Of a stretch of DNA of 64,000 nt, positions 13,301-25,200 are shown in pieces (position 1 is the first letter of the stretch; each line of letters opens with the position of its first letter). Source of the DNA: Auanema rhodensis (taxonomy: Eukaryota; Animalia; Nematoda); assembly GCA_964057225.1 (NCBI GenBank), contig OZ059894.1, positions 13,392,001 to 13,456,000 of the forward strand, given 5' to 3'. Position numbers and translations under genes: made by a program. A model generated the notes under the pieces. It was not told where the DNA came from, ran no database searches, and saw only the letters and a list, made by a program, of their open reading frames with translations.

Positions 13301-16226
13301 CTTAATTTCATTTTTATTGTTTTTAATGTAGAATAAGCAATGTGGTTTCCTCTTTGGATTTCAACGACACGTTCTTATCGTTTGAACATGTAAAAACATC
13401 TTTCCCAGGATATGAAATTTGTTCGAAAAGTGAAAATCCATTACCACCTTACAGGTATTATTTTCCATACTGTCTTTTAAATAGTACCAATAATTGAGAT
13501 TGACTTTCAAAGATCTCGAGCGTCGTCCTGATATTGAACCATCTAAAATAATTGAAGTAGAACATATTGAAAGGACTCGGAAAACACCTTATGATATCAA
13601 GTTAAAGACTAATCAAGTGCGATTCACCCGTGCTCAAGTTGAAGCTATTAAAGTAAAATTTTGTCGTTTTATATATACTAAAAATATTTACTTAAGGCTG
13701 GAATGCAGCCAGGACTAACAATGGTTGTAGGTCCTCCTGGAACAGGTAAAACTGACGTGGCAGTACAAATTATTTCTAACATATATCATAACTGGCCAAA
13801 TCAGCGCACTCTCGTCGTAACCCACTCTAATCAAGCCTTGAATCAATTATTTGAAAAAGTTATTGCCTTAGACGTTGATGAACGCCATCTGCTGAGAATG
13901 GGTTTGTAGAGGGTTTAATTTTCAAAACCTCAATATTTGCTATAGGACATGGAGAAGAATCATTAGAAACCGAGAAAGACTTCTCTCGTTATGGGCGCGT
14001 CAATCACGTACTACGCGAGCGTATTAGACTGTTGAAAGAGGCAAGATAGTTTATTGCTTCATATCATTCATTTTATTGCTTTAGGTGGGCAACCTTTCGG
14101 AATCCATGGGAGTTGTTGGTGATGTGTCGTATTCATGTGAAAATGCCGGACATTTCTTCCGCTTTACTGTAAATCAGATAATCTGTTATCTATATGTAAC
14201 TATAAAATTTAGGTCCATAGAGCATGGGATGATTTTTTGGAGAAACTCTCATCTCCTTCAGAAGACCTTGCTGCACTGTTCCCATTCACCAATTATTTCT
14301 CTGATCTTCCTAATTTATTCAGTGTACTTATTTAACAAGTTACGGATTACAATATCATTATTTATTCAGGGAAATAGGGAAGCGGATTTGGAAACAGCTA
14401 AAGCATGCTGGAATCAAATATGTCACATTTTTGAACAATTAGAAGAGTTTAGAGCTTTCGAATTGTTAAGAAATGGCAGAGATAGAACTGAATATCTATT
14501 GGTTTTTATAGTACTTTCTTACTTTATAAGTTGATAAATTTTTAGGTAAAAGAGGCCAAAATCATTGCCATGACCTGTACCCACGCTGCATTACGTAGAA
14601 ACGAATTAGTAAAACTGGGCTTCAGGTATGATAATATCATAATGGAAGAAGCTGCCCAAATATTGGAAGTTGAAACATTTATTCCTTTACTTCTCCAGGT
14701 TTATTGTTTTTTTCCGTTGATAATAGTTTTATGTGTAATTGTAGGATCCAAAAGATGGAAGAAGCCGTTTGAAACGTTGGATAATGATCGGAGATCATCA
14801 CCAGCTTCCTCCTGTTGTACAAAACCAAGCTTTTCAAAAGTATTCTAATATGGAACAATCTCTTTTTGCTCGGTTTATTCGTCTTGGAGTTCCTCATGTT
14901 CAATTAGACTGTCAAGGACGTGCTCGATCTGAGTAATATATGATCAAGCATTTAAATCTAATCACTTTTTTGTAGCATTGCCATGCTGTACAGTTGGAGA
15001 TACAAGTCGCTGGGCAATCTGCCACATGTTGAGAAATTACCTCACTTCCAAGTAAGAACTTACTTTTTTTCCTGAGTAAAACGGGATATTTCAGCTTGCT
15101 AATCCTGGTTTTGCGTTCTCTTTCCAACTTATTGATGTTCCTGATTTTAATGGAGTTGGAGAATCTCAACCGAGCCCTTACTTCTATCAAGTAATTACTA
15201 ATATTTGTTTTTGTTATACAATTTTTATTTTAAAGAACTTGGGTGAAGCTGAATATGCTGTTGCTCTCTTCATGTACATGAGAATTCTCGGGTACCCTGC
15301 TGAAAAAATTTCTATTATCACTACTTACAACGGACAGGCAAGTTCATTTCCACTTCTTCTAGACGTTTTATTCATTCTAGGCTCAACTCCTGAGAGATGT
15401 TGTAGAACGACGTTGCGGACAAAATCCTCTTATCGGTTTGCCTCATAAAGTATTATTAGTTTTTTTCCTATGTTTGTTTACGTGTTGATTTAGATATCCA
15501 CTGTTGACAAATATCAAGGACAACAAAACGATTACATTATTCTGTCTCTTGTCAAAACAAGAAATGTTGGTCATTTGAGGTTAGGTGTATTTTAATCCTC
15601 GACTTTGATGTTTTTTTAGAGATGTCCGTCGTTTAGTAGTAGCCTTATCTCGTGCTAGACTAGGACTATATGTACTAGCTCGAGCTGAACTATTCCGTAA
15701 ATGTTTTGAACTGGAACCTGCGTTTAATGTGGTAAGAAGGCATTTATGATATTTTTATTTGCATTTTTTTTCAAGTTATGTTCCCGACCACCTAAATTGG
15801 CTCTTATTCCTACTGAACCATATCCAACTACAAGAAAGGTAATTTCCTAATTTGAACCTTATATATGTTTTTGCTCAGGTTAGCAGTCGTGCTGAGGACC
15901 AACCATTGATTATTGAAGATACTGTTCATATAACACATTTTGTACATGAGTTCTATCTAAGCAACATGGAGACAATGCGAGCACGATATGATGAAGCCCG
16001 CAAAACGTATGAAAATTACGTGAAGGTTTTTTTTATTTAATTTCCTGAGTTCATCAAAATATTTAAGAGTTTTGTGCCTGAAGTTGAACCTATGGACACT
16101 CAAGAAGCTGAATTAAGGGCAGCTGAAATTAGAAAGGCTAAACAAGAGGAAGCTAATGAAGAACAGCAAGATATTGTTTTTGAAGAAATGGATTTTCAAC
16201 AACTTGAAGAGGTGCCGAAATACTAG
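10372..16226 (+). CDS. emb-4: Intron-binding spliceosomal RNA helicase Aquarius (AQR/IBP160)
   Basis: [63 protein letters not shown]; roughly 35-40 short introns. Confidence 0.97.
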
Positions 16227-16458
16227 CATTGATTTGTATTGTTAGCACTTAAACTATTCATCTAATTATGATCCCATTGGAATGATCTTCAGGTTTCAAA
16301 CATTTGTTGTGTTTAGAGCATGAACGCTATTTGTTATATTGTTTTATGTGTATAAAATTGCGTATATCACTGTTTATTTTTCTTCTTCCGTTAATTTCGA
16401 TCTTATACCTGTTTAGTTTTTGTTATAAATAATGCAATCTTACAATCTAGCTGGTTAC

Positions 16459-18064
16459 ATGGCAACTGAATCTGTTACGAAAAATATGGAGGACTTAAAA
16501 ATAGATCAGGTGAGCTATACTAATTTGTATTTGACTAATGTATATAATTTAGAAAGTAGAAAACGAAGAACAAGATATTGTAACTCCGTGGAATGTAGTG
16601 ACTAGTTCTGCAACTGGAATAGATTATGACAAATTGATAGGTTTCCAGCTCTTCTTTATTATTGCTAGTATCATTATTCTAGTCAAATTTGGTTGCCGAA
16701 AACTTGGAGACGATTTGATTGAAAGATTTGAAAAAGTCACCGGTCATAAACCTCATCCGATGCTCCGGAGAGGTCTTTTCTTCGCTCATCGGTAATCTGT
16801 GTGATTGTAACCTAGGAGTCATATTTCTTTATAGAGATTTGAGTGCTATACTTGACCGAAAAGAACAAGGAAAACCTTTCTTTCTCTATACCGGAAGAGG
16901 TGCTTCTGCTGGTAGTCTTCATCTTGGTCATCTTATTCCATTTATGTTTACTAAATGGTTGCAAGAAGTTTTCGATGTTCCACTTATCATTCAGGTAATT
17001 CTGTTATACAATATTTGTTTTAAAGCTCTGTTTAGCTCACTGACGATGAGAAATTTTTATGGAAAGATTTGAAACTTGATGAAGCTAAGAAAATGGCTTT
17101 CGAAAACATTAAGGATATAATTGCTGTTGGCTTCAATGTCGAGAAAACCTTTATTTTCACTAATTTGAATTATATGTGGTAAGTCATTGTTTCCTATATC
17201 TTATTCAAGTTTTGTAGCCCGCCCTTCTATGAGAACGTGGTAAAAATCTGGAAACTAGTCAATTATAATCAGGCTCAAAGCATTTTTGGATTTAGACAAG
17301 AGGATAGCATTGGAAAGGTATAAATTGTTTATAACGAAAACTGAGATAGCGTATTGTTGTAGAGTGCATTCCCTGCTGTTGAAGCTGCTCCATGCTTTTC
17401 CTCATCTTTTCCACATATTTTCGGAAAGAAAACGGATATTCCTTGTTTGATTCCATGCGCCATTGATCAAGTATGAATTCCTTATCTTTCTTTGCTCATT
17501 TTTTTAAGGATCCCTATTTCCGCATGTGTCGAGATGTAGCGCCTCGATTAAAGTATCCTAAGCCTGCTCTTATCTTTTCAACATTTTTGCCTGCATTACA
17601 AGGTCACCAAAGTAAAATGTCTTCTAGTGATGTAAACTCTTGCATCTCACTGAGTGATACACCTAAGCAAATTAAGAACAAGGTATATATTATATTATTA
17701 CAACATATAAAACTTATCGTTTAGATAAACAAATATGCTTTCTCTGGAGGACAAGTAACAGTCGAAGAACATAGAGAAAAGGGTGGAAATTGTGAAGTCG
17801 ATGTGAGCTTCCAGTTTTTGAAATATTTCTTAGACGACGATGTCGAACTCGAACGTATTCGAGTAGGTTACACTAAAGGAGAAATTCTCACTGGCGAGTT
17901 GAAAGCAATGGCTATCCAAGAGGTAATTAAAGATATATAAATATATATAATTGGTTTTATAGGTTACACGTGTTATTCAACCTATGCAAGAAGCCAGAAA
18001 AGCTGTTACTGATCAAATGGCTGAAGAGTTTCTCAAAGTTCGCCCCTTGAACTTTACTTATTAA
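16459..18064 (+). CDS. wars-1: Cytoplasmic tryptophanyl-tRNA synthetase
   Basis: [21 protein letters not shown] (HIGH-like), AIDQDPYFR, KMSSS. Confidence 0.97.
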
Positions 18065-18474
18065 TTTTTCTCTTCGAACAGTTGCATAGTTTTATCGCGG
18101 TTTATTGAATTACTGAGCTTGTTTTTTGTTATTCAGTTTTCGTTTATATGAATGGGTTCGCTTGGTTTGGCTATAATCGTTCCAAAGAATCATAAGAGAT
18201 TTCTTTTCTTGTCTTTTCCTTTTTGATTAATAAATTGGTTTTTTTTTGTAATTACGTATTCAACGAAATATTATTATTAGCATTTAGTCGTTTAATAGCC
18301 AATCAATTTTGATATACAAAGGAAAGCCAAATATTGAAAATTTGCGGAAAAAGTTTCCCTACTCATTAATATGTGTAAGAAGAATTATACAATGCGAAGT
18401 TTACGAAGCTGAGAGAGAGAAACAAGCAAACACTTATAAGCTATAATCATGCAATCATTTCAGAGTTCTTAGTT

Positions 18475-18737
18475 TCATTCACATAGGGTACAAACACAAT
18501 CGCCAGTTACGCATGTAGCAATGGCGCATCCCTAGAAAAGGCGTTATAGTTATGTAATACCAGATTTTGTTTTGCTACATGTTCAATTTAGTTCAAAGTT
18601 GAATGAGGAGATATGAAAATACTTACTCTACATGTCAGCTTCTTGCAAATGAAGTCTCCGAAGTTACAGGAGAAATCAGCTTCGGTCAAAGCAATCAAAA
18701 CGAAAAGCATGACAATGTAAACGAAGAAGTTGTTCAT
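18475..18737 (-). CDS. Secreted 8-Cys ASABF/ABF-type (CS-alpha-beta) antimicrobial peptide, 55 aa, 2 exons
   Basis: MNNFFVYIVMLFVLIALTEA-DFSCNFGDFICKKLTCR|GCAIATCVTGDCVCTLCE*; signal peptide, 8 Cys with CVC..C ending; TTTCAG acceptor just before the ATG. Confidence 0.8.
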
Positions 18738-19234
18738 TTTGTCTGAAATGAGTGTAGAAAATGTGTCTGATACACATAGTAACTAAGCTAATACGAAAAC
18801 GGCCTAAATCTTAACAAAAACAAAATTCAAGATCTTCTGATATACACAAAGTCGTAGACTGATTGCCAACTGAGCAGGTTTGACAGAACTTTGAGTTTCA
18901 TCTTGGCAACAGCTGTTTCAGCATCTGTTCATGTCACCTGAATACATGATGTAAAGTGAATGTTAGAAATTAAAGAAAGCAACCTGAACTTTGACGGATG
19001 GATTCAAATAGCAAATGTTTTTTCGATCAACATTCAAGTGTTGCATATGTGAGAATGATGATTGTTTTGTAGTTTATCATTGTGGCAATAACTTGTGAAA
19101 TTCTTTTAAAAATTTAATAAACGAAACATTTGTAATAAATAACATATGCTAACAGTTGACAACAAATTTGAAACTTCTAGAAAAAGTACGCTAGATTGAA
19201 TACTAATTAACTCAATTTCTTATGTTGATAGTTC

Positions 19235-22200
19235 TTAGTTTTTGAAACGAAGCCGTCTGTAGCCAACAGATTCTGCAGATGACTGTACCAAATCTGTAGA
19301 GGTCTCTTCTTCAAACTCTTCGGTTGGATCAGGTACAACTGTACTCATGTTATTATCATCAGAGAATGGGAATTTACCGCCGAATACATTAGGCATTGTA
19401 GGTTTGACAATTTTTGGAGTGGCGATTTTTACCGTGGGAGGTGTTATGGGTTTAACAATCTTGACAGGTTTTGGAGTAATTGGTGGACTAATCTTAACTG
19501 TAGGTGGAGTTATAGGTTTCACAATCTTGACAGGTTTTGGAGTAATTGGTGGACTAATCTTAACTGTAGGTGGAGTTATAGGTTTCACAATCTTGACAGG
19601 TTTTGGAGTAATTGGTGGACTAATCTTAACTGTAGGTGGAGTTATAGGTTTCGCTATTTTTACAGTTGGAGGAGTGATTGGTGGACTAATTTTAACTGTA
19701 GGTGGAGTAATAGGCTTCACAATCTTTACAGTGGGAGGAGTAATTGGTGGACTAATTTTCACGGTAGGTGGAGTAATAGGTTTCACTATCTTTACAGTTG
19801 GAGGAGTGATTGGTGGTTTAATAGTAAAAGTAATCGGAGAACGAGTTGTTGTACGTTTAGTTGTTCTCGGAGTCGTAGCACGTTGAGTTGTAGTGCGTTG
19901 AGTTGTTTTTGGAGTCGTAGTTCTTTTAGTAGTCGTTCGTTTAGTAGTGGTTCTAGTAGTTGCTTTCGCGGTTGTTTTAGTAGTTTTGGTAGTATATGAT
20001 GGCTTGGTAGTTTTAGTAGTATATGATGGCTTGGTAGTTTTTGTGGTAATGGTTGTTTTGGTAGTACTCTTAGTACTTTTGGTAGTTGGCTTGACAGTCG
20101 TAGTTGTGCACTGAGATGCCGGAACGCATACGTTTTTAGTCGTATCTCGGATCATGTTGATTTTGCAAACGCAACCTTTGAAGCAACCGTCCTGACAAAT
20201 TGTTTTTCCATCGCATGTTTTTTCACATGGCACACAATCAGACCACTCTTCATTCTTAGGGCAATCTGGAAACAACAATTAAATGATATAATAGGTAAAT
20301 TTAAAAAATGTTACTCTGCGGGATCGTTGTGGAAGGACATAAGAATGTAGGGATGCATTTTCCTGATATATCACGCACGTATCCCTGCATACATTGACAA
20401 ACGTCCACTATACATTGCCTAGTACATACCTTGAAAGCGAAAAAAATAGGTAAAATTAAAAAAAAATTATATACTGGATTAGGCAAATCACAAGTTGGTT
20501 CACAAGCTGTTCCACATTGTTTAAGTTCTTCTCCATTCAAATTACAAACTGTAACAAGTGTCAGTAGTTACTTAAAATTTTGAATATACCTGGAATTGGT
20601 GGGCGGATAGAGGGGAAAGGTGGCATTGTTGGCTTTGTTATTATGATTGGAGGCAGAGTAGGCATTGTTGGCTTAACTGTAGGAACTGTCATAGGGCAAA
20701 GAATTCGTAAAACGCATTGCCCATTTGAATTACGCACTGTTCCCGGGCGACATTGGCATACGTCTACAACGCATTGTTTTGTGCACGTTTCCTAGAAAAG
20801 ATTATTCTCATAAGAAAGAGAGCATTAATGAAATACATGGAAAGGCTGCTCACAAGTTGGCTCACAAGCTGTTCCACACTTCAGAAAAACTTCATTTTGT
20901 TTGCAAGCTGTAAACAAGATTATTATAAATATTAAAATTTAGGAAAAACCTGGATTTGGCTTAGAAGTTGGTTTAACTGTTGGTTTAACTGTTGGTTTAA
21001 CTGTTGGTTTAACTGTTGGTTTAACTGTTGGTTTGACAGTTGGTTTAACTGTTGGCTTGCCAGTTGGTTTAACTGTTGGTTTAAAAGTGAAAGGTGGAAG
21101 AGTTATTGATGGAAAAGTTGGTAATGTAAATGTAGGGAACGTAATAGCAGGGAAAGTAAAAGTAAACGGTGGTCTTGTTTTAGTAACTGGGGGGAAAGTT
21201 ACTGTAGGGAATGTGGCTCCAGAGCAATCCTGAGGAAATATACAATGTCCATTTTCATCACGAACACGCCCTGCTGAGCAGCGACAAACGTTAGGAATAC
21301 AATCTTCATCACATTCCTTAATAGTTTTTCGAGAATATTTTTGGTAAAATTATTATAATTACCGGCTCAGGATCTTCGCAGGTAGCCTCGCATGCAGTTC
21401 CACATTCTTCAAAACTTTCACCCAAATATGATTGGCACACTGAAATAAGTTATGATTTTAAAAATATTATGCTTAATCTTGCCTGGGATGTGAGGGCAAT
21501 CAGTGAGAGAAATGCATTCATTCTCAGAATTCCTAACATATCCAGTAGGGCATTGACAAACGTTAACGATGCACTGTTCAGTACATGACTAAAAAAAATT
21601 ATTTCACAAATAACGAATTGATAACAAACCGGAGTGGGATCTTCACAAGTAGGCTCACATTCCGTGCCACATTTTTTTAAAACTTCATTCAAATTTAGGT
21701 CACAATCTGAAAACAATTTAAATTTAATTCAACAACAATTATTTTTAATAAATTTACCTGGTAAAGTTGGTTTTGTTGGATATGTAGGTTTAACAGTGGG
21801 TTTTCTAGGACAATCTTTTTTATTTATACAAATTTTGTTAGGGCCTCTGACAAATCCGTTGTGACATTGGCACTGATTATGAATGCATTGGTCGGTACAC
21901 GTCTAAAATATACTGTTGGAAACAATGACATACATTGTGCTTACCGGGTTGAGGTTATCACAAGTTGGCTCACACGCCGTTCCACATTCTACTAGAACTT
22001 CATTTAAATGATATTTGCAAACTGAAAAAACATTTTCAAGTACTGTTCACTGTTATCCAAAACAAAACCCTTACCTGGTGGAGGTCTTGTAGGAGGATAT
22101 GTTGGTTTTTCAGGACATTCATCTTCGGTGATACATACACGATCTGGACCTCTTACATAGCCCTCAGGGCACTGGCAAACGTCTATAAGGCATTCCTTGG

Positions 22201-25200
22201 TACATGTCTAAACACTGTTAATAGAGAATATAATCCAATAGATAAACATACAGGAGCAGGATTGTCGCAGGTTGGTTCACAAGCTGTTCCACACTGCACT
22301 GGTACTTCATTCAAGCCATACACACAAGCTGAAAAATTGCTTTGAACTATTGATATCTTCTTACTGAAGCTTACCTGGAGGAGGCCTTGTAGGAGGATAT
22401 GTTGGTCTGGTAGGACGTGTAGGTTTAGTAGGACGAGTTGGGCGAGTTGGTCGAGTTGGTTTTTCAGGACATTCATCTTGTGTGATACATACACGATCTG
22501 GACCTCTTACATAGCCCTCGGGGCACTGGCAAACGTCTATAAGGCATTCCTTGGTACATGTCTAAACACTGTTAATAGAGAATATAATCCAATAGATAAT
22601 CATACAGGAGTAGGATGGTCGCAGGTTGGTTCACAAGCTGTTCCACACTGCACTGGTACTTCATTCAAGCCATACACACAAACTGAAAAATTGCTTTGAA
22701 CTATTGATATCTTCTTACTGAAGCTTACCTGGAGGAGGCCTTGTAGGAGGATATGTTGGTCTGGTAGGACGTGTAGGTTTAGTAGGACGAGTTGGGCGAG
22801 TTGGTCGAGTTGGTTTTTCAGGACATTCATCTTGTGTGATACATACACGATCTGGACCTCTTACATAGCCCTCAGGGCACTGGCAAACGTCTATAAGGCA
22901 TTCCTTGGTACATGTCTAAACACTGTTAATAGAGAATATAATCCAATAGATAATCATACAGGAGTAGGATGGTCGCAGGTTGGTTCACAAGCTGTTCCAC
23001 ACTGCACTGGTACTTCATTCAAGCCATACACACAAACTGAAAAATTGCTTTGAACTATTGATATCTTCTTACTGAAGCTTACCTGGGGGAGGCCTTGTAG
23101 GAGGATATGTTGGTCTGGTAGGACGTGTAGGTTTAGTAGGACGAGTTGGGCGAGTTGGTCGAGTTGGTTTTTCAGGACATTCATCTTGTGTGATACATAC
23201 ACGATCTGGACCTCTTACATAGCCCTCAGGGCACTGGCAAACGTCTATAAGGCATTCCTTGGTACATGTCTAAACACTGTTAATAGAGAATATAATCCAA
23301 TAGATAATCATACAGGAGTAGGATGGTCGCAGGTTGGTTCACAAGCTGTTCCACACTGCACTGGTACTTCATTCAAGCCATACACACAAACTGAAAAATT
23401 GCTTTGAACTATTGATATCTTCTTACTGAAGCTTACCTGGAGGAGGCCTTGTAGGAGGATATGTTGGTCTGGTAGGACGTGTAGGTTTAGTAGGACGAGT
23501 TGGGCGAGTTGGTCGAGTTGGTTTTTCAGGACATTCATCTTGTGTGATACATACACGATCTGGACCTCTTACATAGCCCTCAGGGCACTGACAAACATCC
23601 AAAACACAGTCAGCAGTGCAAATCTGAATTATATAAGTGAAGCAGCTATTATTCCAATAGATAAACATACAGGAGCAGGATGGTCGCAGGTTGGTTCACA
23701 AGCTGTTCCACACAGTACGGGTACTTCATTCAAGCCATACACACAAACTGGAAAATTGCTTTGAAGTACTGATATCTTCTTACTGAAGCTTACCTGGGGG
23801 AGGTCTTGTGGGAGGATATGTTGGTGGAGCAGTGGGGGGATGTGTAGGCCTAGTAGGACGTGTAGGTCTAGTAGGACGAGTTGGGCGAGTTGGTCGAGTC
23901 GGTTTTTCAGGACATTCATCTTCGGTGATACATACACGATCTGGACCTCTTACATAGCCCTCAAGGCACTGACAAACATCCAAAACACAGTCAGCAGTGC
24001 AAATCTGAATTATATAAGTGAAGCAGCTATTATTCCAATAGATAAACATACAGGAGCAGGATGGTCGCAGGTTGGTTCACAAGCTGTTCCACACAGTACG
24101 GGTACTTCATTCAAGCCATACACACAAACTGGAAAATTGCTTTGAAGTACTGATATCTTCTTACTGAAGCTTACCTGGGGGAGGTCTTGTGGGAGGATAT
24201 GTTGGTGGAGCAGTGGGGGGATGTGTAGGCCTGGTAGGACGTGTAGGTCTAGTAGGACGAGTTGGGCGAGTTGGTCGAGTCGGTTTTTCAGGACATTCAT
24301 CTTCGGTGATACATACACGATCTGGACCTCTTACATAACCCTCAGGGCACTGACAAACATCCAAAACACAGTCGGCAGTGCAAATCTGAATTCTATAAGT
24401 GAAGCAGCTATTATTCCAATAGATAAACATACAGGAGCTGGATGGTCGCAGGTTGGTTCACAAGCTGTTCCACACAGTACGGGTACTTCATTCAAGCCAT
24501 ACACACAAACTGGAAAATTGCTCTGAAGTACTGATATCTTCTTACTGAAGCTTACCTGGGGGAGGCCTTGTAGGAGGATATGTTGGTGGAGCAGTGGGGG
24601 GATGTGTAGGCCTGGTAGGACGTGTAGGTCTAGTGGGACGAGTTGGGCGAGTTGGTCGAGTCGGTTTTTCAGGACATTCATCTTCGGTGATACATACACG
24701 ATCTGGACCTCTTACATAACCCTCAGGGCACTGACAAACATCCAAAACACAGTCAGCAGTGCAAATCTGAATTATATAAGTGAAGCAGCTATTATTCCAA
24801 TAGATAAACATACAGGAGCTGGATGGTCGCAGGTTGGTTCACAAGCTGTTCCACACAGTACGGGCACTTCATTCAAGCCATACACACAAACTGGAAAATT
24901 GCTTTGAAGTACTGACATCTTCTTACTGAAGCTTACCTGGGGGAGGTCTTGTGGGAGGATATGTTGGTGGAGCAGTGGGGGGATGTGTCGGCCTGGTAGG
25001 ACGTGTAGGTCTAGTAGGACGAGTTGGGCGAGTTGGTCGAGTCGGTTTTTCAGGACATTCATCTTCGGTGATACATACACGATCTGGACCTCTTACATAG
25101 CCCTCAGGGCACTGGCAAACATCCAAAACACATTCATTTGTACAAAACTGAATTGTTTTAGTAAATAATCTAATCTGGTAGATAAACGTACTGGAGCAAG

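Noticed and set aside
18913-18920. CTGTTTCA piRNA Ruby motif
   Set aside because: Single occurrence overlapping an E-box; no cluster
19347-19886. 179-aa plus-strand GGVIG ORF and other plus-strand ORFs across 20580-28447
   Set aside because: Antisense shadows of the repetitive TIL gene
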